64,000 bases of DNA from positions 2,543 to 66,542 of IMG/VR virus record IMGVR_UViG_2936333065_000001; one strand, 5' to 3'. Below the pieces are notes generated by a model. That model saw only the letters and a list, made by a program, of their open reading frames with translations, did no database searches and was not told where the DNA came from. Origin of the DNA: a virus. Positions 1 to 9,011 of the stretch are shown piece by piece (the first letter of the stretch is position 1; the number at the start of each line of letters is the position of its first letter). The translations under genes and the position numbers were made by a program.

Positions 1-740
1 CTATTTCATTAAGCCAGTTTGAAGATATTACAGGTAAAAGCCGTCCAACGATTGTGAAATGTCTCAAAGAACTGATCAAAGTTGGTCTTGTGATCGAGGA
101 AGAAAGCACGATTCACGGTAATACTTTTAAGCTTGGAAATGAAACTTCAATCGGTTGTGTTTTAAACTTTCCTTGTAAAAATTCTTTACTAGGTGAGCTA
201 GAAGCGGGTAGTAAAAATTCTTTACCCCTGCTAGTTAAAAATTTTAACCATGCTAGTAAAAATATTTTACCGCTGCTAGTAAAAATTTTTAACACACAAA
301 GTATCACTATCAAAAACAACTCTCAAAGTAATAAAAAAATAAATAAAAAAGATTCGGCTGAACAACCTGAATCTAAAAAATCAGAGAGTCAAAAACCAGA
401 GAAATTTGATTTTAAAAACGCTCTCATTGAAAACGGCGTATCTGAAAAACTGGCTACTGAGTTCATGCAAGTTCGTAAAGCCAAAGGTGGCGTAAGCACA
501 GAACGAGCATTTTCGATTCTTTCAAAACAAATCGAGAAAGCGAATCTCACATTTGTTCAAGCCATTGAGTTTTGTTTGAACCGTCAAAAGCCTTGGGCAG
601 CATTTGAGGCTCAGTGGTATTTCAACGAGCAAAACCGTACTTCACAACCACAGCAAACAAAACAACCGTACCAACGCCGTTTTGGTAATTCACAGCAACA
701 AACGCCCGTTATGCGTGACGTAGTAGGAGAGCATGCATGA
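1..740 (+). CDS. Phage replication initiator (lambda O-like), 5' truncated by window edge
   Basis: Frame is open from position 3 (ISLSQFEDITGKSRPTIVKCLKEL, HTH-like); contains iteron repeats; followed by a loader-like gene. Confidence 0.8.
   Translation, partial: ISLSQFEDITGKSRPTIVKCLKELIKVGLVIEEESTIHGNTFKLGNETSIGCVLNFPCKNSLLGELEAGSKNSLPLLVKNFNHASKNILPLLVKIFNTQSITIKNNSQSNKKINKKDSAEQPESKKSESQKPEKFDFKNALIENGVSEKLATEFMQVRKAKGGVSTERAFSILSKQIEKANLTFVQAIEFCLNRQKPWAAFEAQWYFNEQNRTSQPQQTKQPYQRRFGNSQQQTPVMRDVVGEHA
175..293. repeat. Replication origin iterons of prophage 1
   Basis: Five imperfect palindromic repeats GTAAAAATT(C/T)TT(T/A)AC inside the initiator gene, followed by an A-rich tract. Confidence 0.75.
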
Positions 741-1339
741 GCAATATTCAATTATTTCAAGATGCATTCGCCGTTGATTTTCCTGTACAGATTGCAGAGC
801 AAGTACTTGAACGAATGGAAGACCTACACGGAACAGATTTTCAAAGAAATTTTTCTCATTTGAGCGATGAGCGTTTGATTGAATTGACTTGCATCGCACT
901 AAACGGACTAACACCAGTTGAATTGCGCCGTGGTATGGATCGTTTAAACACAGAAAAATGGTGTCCTAAGCTTCCTGAGTTCCGTTCTTGGTGCGTACAG
1001 GCGGGTGATTGGTGGACAGCAGATCAGGCATGGGCAAAGGCTTTAAATTATATAAATGACAACGCTTTGCCGATGACAACACTTGCTAAGGCTGCTTTTG
1101 ATGAAGTGAAGCATATTCTCGACAATGAAGGCCAAAAGGCTGCGCATTACGCATTCAAAGACATTTATCAAGATTATTTAGTACGAGCGCAAAAGAAAGG
1201 CAAAACACAAGAAATGTGGGTGCGTCCTGAAAAACCTAAAGAGCTTAAACAAAATCGTAATGCAGTTCCATGTCCAGAACATTTGCTTCAGAAAATTAAA
1301 GGCGTGAATAAATATTTCAGTCAAGGTGGTGAAGCATGA
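737..1339 (+). CDS. Replication protein P-like / helicase-loader-position protein
   Basis: ATGA overlap with initiator; WCPKLPEFRSWC motif typical of P-like phage proteins. Confidence 0.6.
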   Translation: MSNIQLFQDAFAVDFPVQIAEQVLERMEDLHGTDFQRNFSHLSDERLIELTCIALNGLTPVELRRGMDRLNTEKWCPKLPEFRSWCVQAGDWWTADQAWAKALNYINDNALPMTTLAKAAFDEVKHILDNEGQKAAHYAFKDIYQDYLVRAQKKGKTQEMWVRPEKPKELKQNRNAVPCPEHLLQKIKGVNKYFSQGGEA

Positions 1340-1500
1340 TCCCTAAAGACGCGACACATATTGAAAACGATGGCACATATTGGAAGTCAGAAAACGGCTG
1401 TTGGTATTACTGGGATGACATTTTTGAATGGTGTTTTTATGTGGGACCAGTCAATCAAATGTTTTATGGCAATAAAAGAGAGATAGGGGCCAATCAATGA
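1336..1500 (+). CDS. Small Trp-rich phage hypothetical protein (54 aa)
   Basis: Own translation MIPKDATHIENDGTYWKS...; ATGA coupling at both ends. Confidence 0.7.
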   Translation: MIPKDATHIENDGTYWKSENGCWYYWDDIFEWCFYVGPVNQMFYGNKREIGANQ

Positions 1501-1865
1501 ACGCCCATAAATTTGTAGCAGATTTCGGGATTGCGAGAGCGAGAGCAGTTTTGGATGGTGCGCCTATAACATACACGGGTACAGATACAGCACAACTTTG
1601 TTATCGAGCTAAAGATAATAAGTATTCATTGAGATTTAAGCCAAGTATTGAGCTTGTAAATGTGTCATCACTCAAAAAGGTGGTTGAGTCGGTTGGGGTT
1701 ATCGAGAAACAGGAAGGCTTAATCAAAGCGCGTAAATTTTTAGATTATTTAATTTCTTATGGTTCCGAATTTGGACATGTATCAAAAGATGAGGTTTTGG
1801 ATTTAAAGCAAGCCATCGAAGACTATGAGGCGGTTGAGTCTTGCAAGGAGAATCAGCATGTTTAA
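1497..1865 (+). CDS. nin-region hypothetical protein (paralog of 41557-41970)
   Basis: ORF track; shared MNAHKFVA.FGI.RA and ENQHV termini. Confidence 0.8.
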   Translation: MNAHKFVADFGIARARAVLDGAPITYTGTDTAQLCYRAKDNKYSLRFKPSIELVNVSSLKKVVESVGVIEKQEGLIKARKFLDYLISYGSEFGHVSKDEVLDLKQAIEDYEAVESCKENQHV

Positions 1866-2124
1866 AGTTGGGGATTTGGTGGTGTTTAAAGGTTTGCCAT
1901 ACGATCGATTGTTTAGAGTCCATAAAAAAGGTGGTGATTCTATTGTTTTACACGAATGTTGGGATGAGGCAGGAGCAAAGTGTTTTTGTGAAGATTACCC
2001 ATATTCTGATATTCGTCTTGCTACAACAGAAGAAATCGCAGCAGGTCATCGCATTGATAAATGCGAAGTCTTAGACATGGCGGATGTGAGCGGAAATTGG
2101 GAGGTGATTAATGAAACTCACTAA
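1858..2124 (+). CDS. nin-region hypothetical protein (MFKVGD type; paralog of 41963-42178)
   Basis: AGGAG RBS before ATG 1858; near-identical paralog in prophage 2. Confidence 0.8.
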   Translation: MFKVGDLVVFKGLPYDRLFRVHKKGGDSIVLHECWDEAGAKCFCEDYPYSDIRLATTEEIAAGHRIDKCEVLDMADVSGNWEVINETH

Positions 2125-2509
2125 AACCCAACGATCAGAATTAAAAATGAAATTTGGTGGTCACTGTGCTTATTGCGGTGAGGTTTTGGGTGATAAGTGG
2201 CATGCGGATCATATCGAAGCTGTAAAACGGGACATTGTTCATGTGGGCGGTGGAAAGTTGGTATCAGGTGAAATGACACAACCGCAAAACCACACAATTG
2301 AAAATATGAACCCATCTTGCGTGGCTTGCAACATTAATAAGTCATCGATGTCATTGGAGGGTTGGCGCAAGATGATTGCTCATTATCGTGATGTTCAGCT
2401 TCTACGTGATAGCACACATGCAAGACACCTTATTCGTTTTGGATTAATTGAGATTAAACCCGATCCAGTCGTTTTCTATTTTGAGCAATGTGAGGTGCAT
2501 AATGGATAA
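2111..2509 (+). CDS. HNH endonuclease
   Basis: CAYCG...DH...N...C..CN motif. Confidence 0.85.
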   Translation: MKLTKTQRSELKMKFGGHCAYCGEVLGDKWHADHIEAVKRDIVHVGGGKLVSGEMTQPQNHTIENMNPSCVACNINKSSMSLEGWRKMIAHYRDVQLLRDSTHARHLIRFGLIEIKPDPVVFYFEQCEVHNG

Positions 2510-2786
2510 GGGCAGAGAAGAATTTGAAAATGCTTATGAGCCAAATCCACATAAATCACCGTTTACTCAGGTTCGATTTAATCAGGATAAGCAAATTTAT
2601 GAACCTTTAAATCCACCAATTAACCATATTGCACGCTCATTGAATGCTGCTTGGTACGGTTGGTGGATTCGTCAAAAGAAGATTGATGAGTTGCAGGAGA
2701 GAAACGCTTTTCTGGAAGTTCAATTATCGCTTTTAGGGGATACAAAAAGGGCGTTAGAGCAAGCACTCAAGGGTGGTGATGTATGA
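2502..2786 (+). CDS. nin-region hypothetical protein
   Basis: GAGG RBS, ATG 2502; C-terminal LEQALKGG shared with 42340-43095. Confidence 0.7.
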   Translation: MDKGREEFENAYEPNPHKSPFTQVRFNQDKQIYEPLNPPINHIARSLNAAWYGWWIRQKKIDELQERNAFLEVQLSLLGDTKRALEQALKGGDV

Positions 2787-3325
2787 AAGCATTGGTTGAT
2801 CTAAAAAAAGATTTCGTCATTTCAAATAATAAAAGCAATTCTATGAAACAACCCAAATGGGGAACTTATCGTCATAGTTTTGATAAAAAAACTGATGGCA
2901 AGAAAAAAGTCAATAAGGACCCATTACCAACATTGCCGCCGTATCTGGTCAAAGGTAAAACACATGAATGTATGGGTACGGAAATACTTAATTGCAGTAT
3001 TCAAATCGTACCGCCGTCAATAAATAATTATTGGCTTGATTCAGGGAAAGCGTGCAAACGCCTTAGTAAACGTGCCAATCATTTTGTTGAGGTGGTAAAG
3101 CGATTTGTACCGCCACTTGAGCATAAAGGCGATGTACGTGTAGAGATTAACTATCACATGCCAGACAACAAGGTCCGTGATATCGACAATATATTAAAAC
3201 CTTGTCTTGATGCCTTAGTGAAATGCGGACTGATTATTGATGATAGTCAGGTTAAAAGCTTAACAGTCAATGCGCGACCTGTTGTTAAGGGTTGCTTGCT
3301 TGATATTTGCGTAATGAAAATGTGA
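2783..3325 (+). CDS. rusA: RusA-family Holliday junction resolvase
   Basis: PPSINNYW and RDIDNILKPCLDAL...IDDSQV motifs. Confidence 0.88.
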   Translation: MKALVDLKKDFVISNNKSNSMKQPKWGTYRHSFDKKTDGKKKVNKDPLPTLPPYLVKGKTHECMGTEILNCSIQIVPPSINNYWLDSGKACKRLSKRANHFVEVVKRFVPPLEHKGDVRVEINYHMPDNKVRDIDNILKPCLDALVKCGLIIDDSQVKSLTVNARPVVKGCLLDICVMKM

Positions 3326-3332
3326 GAGTGCT

Positions 3333-3491
3333 ATGCGAAGAAAAAACAATGATTGGGTTTGGATAGTCGGCTTTGTTGTTTTGGTATTTCTAGCGGCTTT
3401 GTTCAATGCGTGGAACACAATCCAAGTGTGTAAAACGCATGATGTTTATTGGGTAAAGGGAACTCAACATACATGTAAGTTATTTAAATAA
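3333..3491 (+). CDS. Small membrane protein (52 aa)
   Basis: Own translation MRRKNNDWVWIVGFVVLVFLAALFNAWNT...; one hydrophobic helix. Confidence 0.65.
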   Translation: MRRKNNDWVWIVGFVVLVFLAALFNAWNTIQVCKTHDVYWVKGTQHTCKLFK

Positions 3492-3504
3492 GGTGGGTTA
3501 TTCG

Positions 3505-4050
3505 ATGAATCAAGAGTTAAAGCAAAATCTAGTTTCTAATATCGAATGGCTCGGTACGCAGATGCGAGCAAAGACAGCAAATTTAGAACAGTGTACTCAA
3601 GACACCAATTTAAAACCGATCACATGGGAGGATCGTTGTGGTGCATTCACTCACATTCAAACAGAACAAGCAAAAAGTCTTGCTGCATTATTTGTTTGGG
3701 GGCACAAAGATAAGCAGTCATACGATTATTTGATAGGTAATCTTTCAAACATTATGTTGGATCAAGTAAAAAAGGATCGAAAGAGCGATCCTAAAAACAT
3801 TCCATTGAAAGATCTTAGTTTGTTAATGGCCCGTATGGTTCTAGAGTTTGCTTTAGATGAGAACTTGGAATCGAACTTTACTGCCAAAGGCCGGCTATAT
3901 TTTGCAGGTATTGGAGAAGGGCGCTTATCGTATGATGCCTACAGAATGTCTTGGATTAAATATGAAAAGCAGATGCAGCTTGCTATTTACAGCGCTCGCT
4001 GGGAGATTGAAACGGCGGTTGAGAAGTATCGAAAACGTTTAAAAAACTGA
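3505..4050 (+). CDS. Putative late antiterminator (Q position)
   Basis: Last early gene, followed by a promoter/terminator leader and the packaging genes; function inferred from position. Confidence 0.55.
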   Translation: MNQELKQNLVSNIEWLGTQMRAKTANLEQCTQDTNLKPITWEDRCGAFTHIQTEQAKSLAALFVWGHKDKQSYDYLIGNLSNIMLDQVKKDRKSDPKNIPLKDLSLLMARMVLEFALDENLESNFTAKGRLYFAGIGEGRLSYDAYRMSWIKYEKQMQLAIYSARWEIETAVEKYRKRLKN

Positions 4051-4150
4051 TGAGAAAGTTTTTACAATCTGCCTATTTCGTTTAAACGTAAATAGATGTA
4101 TAGTTTTTATATACTGGTCGTATTACAAGGTAACGTGACCAACTCAATTA

Positions 4151-4175
4151 AAGCTCATCATTCGGTGGGCTTTTT
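4151..4175 (+). terminator. Rho-independent terminator (tR'-like)
   Basis: AGCTCA-TCATTCGG-TGGGCT stem followed by T-run. Confidence 0.7.
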
Positions 4176-4425
4176 GCGTTTCTGGAGTTACCTACTAGGC
4201 TTCATAAATTTAGTAGGATCTTATTTGGTCAATAAGATATATAAAGGGTGCGGGTTTTGAACAAGACACTACCCTTGGATTGACCACCTAAAGACGTGAG
4301 TATTTACTTGGGATTGGCGACCCATTAACACATACAGTAGCCTTAAAGTGCAGTACTACTCAGCCCAGTTATCCATTGGGTAATTGGGCTGTTTTATAAA
4401 CTATTAGCTCTACTAGGTAATAACA

Positions 4426-4827
4426 ATGGCTAGACCGTGCCGAGAGTTTGGTTGCCCGAATCTAGTCACATCACAGCATCAAAAAGGATTCTGTGATGAG
4501 CATGCTGATAAACGGAGTAACTGGAACAATAGACCACAGCGTAACGGATCAACTACTGCAAGAGGCTATGGTCATGACTGGCGTAAGCTGCGCTTACAAG
4601 TCCTGCGCCGTGATGAGTATCTATGCGTTAAGTGTGCACAAGCGGGTTTGGTTGTTGAAGCTACCGATGTGGATCACATCACTCCAAAGCATGCAGGCGG
4701 CACTGATGATCTGAGCAACCTGCAAAGCCTATGCTCGCCGTGTCATCACGGAAAAACAGCCAATGAAGACAGTAAAAAACCGCACAAAAGTAGTGCAAAA
4801 TATTTTTACAAGGGAGGGGGGAGGTAA
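4426..4827 (+). CDS. Packaging-associated HNH endonuclease (HK97 gp74-like)
   Basis: RGYGHDW, C..C, DHI.P..GG, NLQSLC..CH; immediately before cos and terS. Confidence 0.9.
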   Translation: MARPCREFGCPNLVTSQHQKGFCDEHADKRSNWNNRPQRNGSTTARGYGHDWRKLRLQVLRRDEYLCVKCAQAGLVVEATDVDHITPKHAGGTDDLSNLQSLCSPCHHGKTANEDSKKPHKSSAKYFYKGGGR

Positions 4828-4900
4828 AAAGCTCAGGCTTTTTGCCTAAATGACCGACCCCCAAGTCAAATTTTTACGCACGCGAAATTAAAAATTTAGT
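4828..4900. other. Putative cos region
   Basis: G-run then GACCGACCCCC and TTTTTACGCACGCGAAATT between the HNH gene and small terminase, the usual cos position in HK97-like phages. Confidence 0.55.
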
Positions 4901-4911
4901 GGATTGACATT

Positions 4912-5403
4912 ATGGGTGGAATAGCATCTGTTCCGGGACGCGGACGCAAGCCGAAACCGCAGGAAACAAAACGCGCTAATGGCAATCCTGGTAAACGTCC
5001 CCTTAATAACCATATTCCAGAATTTTCAGAGGTCACAAATATAGATGTTCCCGAATATATGGAAAGCTTGGAATATGCACCGATGATCTGGAAATCAATT
5101 GTTCCAGAACTTCTCAAAAATAAGATTCTCAGAATCACTGATATGCACAATGTAGAAGGATTCTGTCTTGCATATGAAAACTGGCGTAAAGCTCAGAAAG
5201 AAGTAGCTTTGCACGGTATAGTGGTTGCCGGATCTCAAGGTGGACCGGTAAAGAATCCAGCTCTAACTGCGATGAATGAAGCGGTTCGTCAAATGGCGAC
5301 ATTAGGTTCATTGCTTGGACTAGACCCTTCTTCGCGGGCACGCTTAACAGGAGGTAGCCAAAAGAAAAAAGGCAATTCATTTGCAGGAGTTTTAGATATG
5401 TGA
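4912..5403 (+). CDS. terS: Terminase small subunit (P27 family)
   Basis: GRKPKP...GNPGKRPLN, KNPAL, LGLDPSSRARL motifs. Confidence 0.92.
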   Translation: MGGIASVPGRGRKPKPQETKRANGNPGKRPLNNHIPEFSEVTNIDVPEYMESLEYAPMIWKSIVPELLKNKILRITDMHNVEGFCLAYENWRKAQKEVALHGIVVAGSQGGPVKNPALTAMNEAVRQMATLGSLLGLDPSSRARLTGGSQKKKGNSFAGVLDM

Positions 5404-5411
5404 GGATTTAA

Positions 5412-7136
5412 ATGGCTAACAGCTACCCAAATGTTGACGCTGCCAACAAATGGGCGCGATCTGTTATCTCAGGAAAAGTCCCAGCGTGTAAATGGGTTAA
5501 ATTGGCGTGCGAAAGGCACATTAATGATTTAAAAAACTCAAAAAAACGAGATTACCCATACAAATTTGAACCTAAATTAGCTGAAAAAAAGATACTTTTT
5601 GTTGAATTATTGCCACACACAAAAGGTGAATGGGCACTAAAACGACTCAAAATTAAGTTGGAAGATTGGCAGAAGTTTGGGCTTGCTGTCACGTTCGGTT
5701 GGATTCGTAAAAAAGATGGTTATCGTCGTTTTCGTGAAAGCTATTGGGAAGTGCCACGGAAAAACGGTAAGTCAGCAATTGCAGCTGGCGTTGCACTTAA
5801 TATGTTTGCCAATGATGGGGAATTCGGCTCAGAAGTTTATTCAGGTGCCACGACAGAAAAGCAAGCATGGGAAGTTTTTAAGCCAGCACGGTTGATGGTG
5901 AACAGATCACCAGATTTAATTGAAGCAGCAGGAATTTTGGTCAATGCAGGTAGCTTAGAAATACCAACCGATGGCTCTTTGTTTGAACCGCTTATTGGTG
6001 ATCCACCAGATGGCCAATCACCACATTGTGCAATCGTAGACGAATACCATGAACATCCTGATGCGAGACTGTATGACACGATGCAAACGGGGATGGGTGC
6101 TCGCCGTCAACCTCTGATTTTTACGATTACTACTGCTGGCTTCAACATTGAAGGTCCGTGCTATGACTTGCGCATTCGTGTTCAGGAAATGCTTGAAGGT
6201 AATGTACCTGATGATGAGCTTTTTGGATGGATATGGACCATTGATGAGGGTGATGATTGGACTGATCCCAAAGTTTTAGTAAAAGCGAACCCAAATTATG
6301 ATGTATCAGTTTATGAAGATTATCTGATTTCACAGCAGCGTCGAGCAATTCAAAACGCTGCAAAGCAAAATGCATTTAAAACTAAGCATTTAAACGTTTG
6401 GGTTTCTGCAAAATCTGCATTTTTCAATATGGAACAGTGGAATAAATGCAAAGACAAAAGTTTGAAAATTGAAGATTTCATAAATGATGCATGTTTGATT
6501 TGTGTCGACTTATCTTCAAAGATCGATATCGCAGCACGAATCAATCTGTTTTACAGGATTATCGACGGAAAAATTCATTATTACTCAGTTGCACCTCGAT
6601 TCTATTTGCCCTACGACACTGTCTATAACGGAGATGAGAAGCAGGTAATTGAACGTTATCAGAAATGGCTTAACCAAAATCTTTTAACGGTTTGTGATGG
6701 CTATGAGAATGATTTGAACGAAATTGCTGAGGATATTACTTCAGATGCTGAAAGTCTCAAGGTTCAAGAGGTTCCATACGATGAATGGGGTGGATTTCAA
6801 ATATCTAAACAGATTGATGAAGCTGGTTATACCTCTATCAAGATCCCAAAAAATACCAAGACTTTTTCACCAGCGATGAAGGAAATGGAAGCGGCAATTG
6901 CTGCAGGACGATTTCATCATGATGGGCATCCAATTCTGTCGTGGATGTTCGGCAATGTGATTTCAAAAACTGGAAAAAACGATACTGAGTTTCCAGATAA
7001 AGAAAAGTCCTTCAAAAAGATTGATGGTGCAGTGGCTTGCATGATGGGGGTTAGTCGAGTTTTGGCATTAACCAGTACGATTAAAGAAGAATCCTTATCT
7101 GATCATTTGGAGAAACACGGGGTTAGAAGATTGTAA
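5412..7136 (+). CDS. terL: Terminase large subunit
   Basis: Walker A PRKNGKS, Walker B IVDEYHEH, C-terminal KIDG. Confidence 0.96.
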   Translation: MANSYPNVDAANKWARSVISGKVPACKWVKLACERHINDLKNSKKRDYPYKFEPKLAEKKILFVELLPHTKGEWALKRLKIKLEDWQKFGLAVTFGWIRKKDGYRRFRESYWEVPRKNGKSAIAAGVALNMFANDGEFGSEVYSGATTEKQAWEVFKPARLMVNRSPDLIEAAGILVNAGSLEIPTDGSLFEPLIGDPPDGQSPHCAIVDEYHEHPDARLYDTMQTGMGARRQPLIFTITTAGFNIEGPCYDLRIRVQEMLEGNVPDDELFGWIWTIDEGDDWTDPKVLVKANPNYDVSVYEDYLISQQRRAIQNAAKQNAFKTKHLNVWVSAKSAFFNMEQWNKCKDKSLKIEDFINDACLICVDLSSKIDIAARINLFYRIIDGKIHYYSVAPRFYLPYDTVYNGDEKQVIERYQKWLNQNLLTVCDGYENDLNEIAEDITSDAESLKVQEVPYDEWGGFQISKQIDEAGYTSIKIPKNTKTFSPAMKEMEAAIAAGRFHHDGHPILSWMFGNVISKTGKNDTEFPDKEKSFKKIDGAVACMMGVSRVLALTSTIKEESLSDHLEKHGVRRL

Positions 7137-8362
7137 TGAATCTAAAATCAAAAATTGGGGAGTTACTTGGTTTCAAGTCAACTCCCCAAATCATTTCTAG
7201 CCCAGACGAATTGGCAAGAATTTTTGGAGCTGAATTTGTCACCGGCACCGGGCAACCAGTAACGCCGATCCGTGCAATGCAACTTGCTATTGTCTTTTCA
7301 TGTGTGCGGGTTTTATCAGAATCGATGGGCATGCTGCCTTGTCGATTGTATAAACAGACGGGCAATACGAAAGAAGCAGCAATAAATCATAAGCTTTATG
7401 ACTTGTTAACTCTGGCTCCAAATGACTACATGACGCCTCAAGAGTTCTGGGAGCTTTTAATGGTCTGTCTTTGTTTGCGTGGAAATTTCTATGCTTACAA
7501 AGTGTATGCACTCGGTCAGGTTGTCGAGTTATTACCACTTGATCCAGCATCCGTTACGCCAAAACTCAATGACAATTGGGAAGTTGAGTATCAGGTCAAT
7601 TTCAAAAATGGTGGTTTAAAGACACTCTCTCAGAATGAAATTTGGCATGTACGTCTTTTCACTTTAGACGGATTGAATGGCTTGAATCCTATCGCATTTG
7701 CGCGAAAGAGTATCTCATTGGGCTTGGACACTGAAGAGCATGGCTCGAAGTTATTCAAAAATGGTGCCGTCACTTCAGGTGTTCTTGAGACCGATGAAAG
7801 TCTTTCGGATGTTGCTTTCAATCGTTTGAAGGATGAATTCACTGAAAACTACACGGGATTGGTCAACACATACAAGCCAATGATTTTAGAGCAGGGCCTG
7901 AAATGGAAGCCTACTGTTTTGAATTTAGAAGACTCTCAATTTTTGGAAACTCGTGAATATCAGAAGGCTGAAATCTGCGGCTTGTTTCGTGTACCACCGC
8001 ATCTTGTTGCTGCCATGGACAAAATGACGCTGAACAATATCGAGCACATGGGCATGTCATTTGTGAACTATTCACTTGTGCCATACATGACTCGAATCGA
8101 ATCAAGAATCCGAGTGGGTCTTTTAAATGAAGAAGACCGAAAAACGCACTATGCCAAGTTTAATGCTGGGGCCTTACTGCGTGGCGATTTGAAAACTCGC
8201 TATGAGGCGTATGGGAAAGGTATTCAATGGGGCTTCTTAAGCCCCAATGACTGCCGTGAGCTTGAAGATCTAAATCCACGTGAGGGTGGAGACATTTACT
8301 TGACTCCAATGAACATGACAACAAAACCTGAGGAGAATGATGATGCAGATAAAGCGTCTTAA
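7136..8362 (+). CDS. Portal protein, HK97 family
   Basis: VFSCVRVLSE, DSQFLETR, FRVPPH motifs. Confidence 0.95.
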   Translation: MNLKSKIGELLGFKSTPQIISSPDELARIFGAEFVTGTGQPVTPIRAMQLAIVFSCVRVLSESMGMLPCRLYKQTGNTKEAAINHKLYDLLTLAPNDYMTPQEFWELLMVCLCLRGNFYAYKVYALGQVVELLPLDPASVTPKLNDNWEVEYQVNFKNGGLKTLSQNEIWHVRLFTLDGLNGLNPIAFARKSISLGLDTEEHGSKLFKNGAVTSGVLETDESLSDVAFNRLKDEFTENYTGLVNTYKPMILEQGLKWKPTVLNLEDSQFLETREYQKAEICGLFRVPPHLVAAMDKMTLNNIEHMGMSFVNYSLVPYMTRIESRIRVGLLNEEDRKTHYAKFNAGALLRGDLKTRYEAYGKGIQWGFLSPNDCRELEDLNPREGGDIYLTPMNMTTKPEENDDADKAS

Positions 8363-9011
8363 TGTGCCTTTTGAAATCAAATCTGTATCTGACACAGGCG
8401 AGTTTGAAGGATATGCATCTGTATTTGGAGTAAAAGACAGTTACGGTGATGTGGTAATGCCTGGTGCATTCAAGCGCACATTAGAGGAGTGGTCTAAAAA
8501 AGGACGTTTACCTGTGATGCTCTGGCAACACAAATCTGATGAGCCTCTAGGTCCCTACACCGAGATGAAAGAAGACGAAAAAGGCCTCTTTGTAAGAGGC
8601 CGTTTTCTTATTGAAGATGACCCTTTGGCTCGTCGAGCTCATGCACATCTAAAAGCGAAATCCATTGGTGGAATGTCAATTGGTTTCATCTTGCGTGATT
8701 ACGAATATGACAAACAACTGGGTGTTTACAAATTAACAGACATTGATTTGTGGGAAGTATCGATTGTGACATTTCCCGCAAATGATGAGGCGCGAGTTTC
8801 AGAAGTGAAATCAGCGTTAGATCGAGGGGAAATCCCTTCTGAAATTGAAGTTGAACGGGCCTTAAGAGAGGCTGGTTTTTCTCTCCCTCAAGCCAAAGCC
8901 TTTATGGCGAAAGGCTACGGTGCAATTAGTTCTCAGAGAAATACCGAGCAGACTAATGACGCGCTTCAATCCTTTAAAGACTTAAAATCCATTTTTACAG
9001 AAGGTGCATGA
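8337..9011 (+). CDS. Prohead protease, HK97 family
   Basis: FEGYASVF, LWQH, GMSIGF, LWEVSIVTFPAN motifs. Confidence 0.95.
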   Translation: MMMQIKRLNVPFEIKSVSDTGEFEGYASVFGVKDSYGDVVMPGAFKRTLEEWSKKGRLPVMLWQHKSDEPLGPYTEMKEDEKGLFVRGRFLIEDDPLARRAHAHLKAKSIGGMSIGFILRDYEYDKQLGVYKLTDIDLWEVSIVTFPANDEARVSEVKSALDRGEIPSEIEVERALREAGFSLPQAKAFMAKGYGAISSQRNTEQTNDALQSFKDLKSIFTEGA

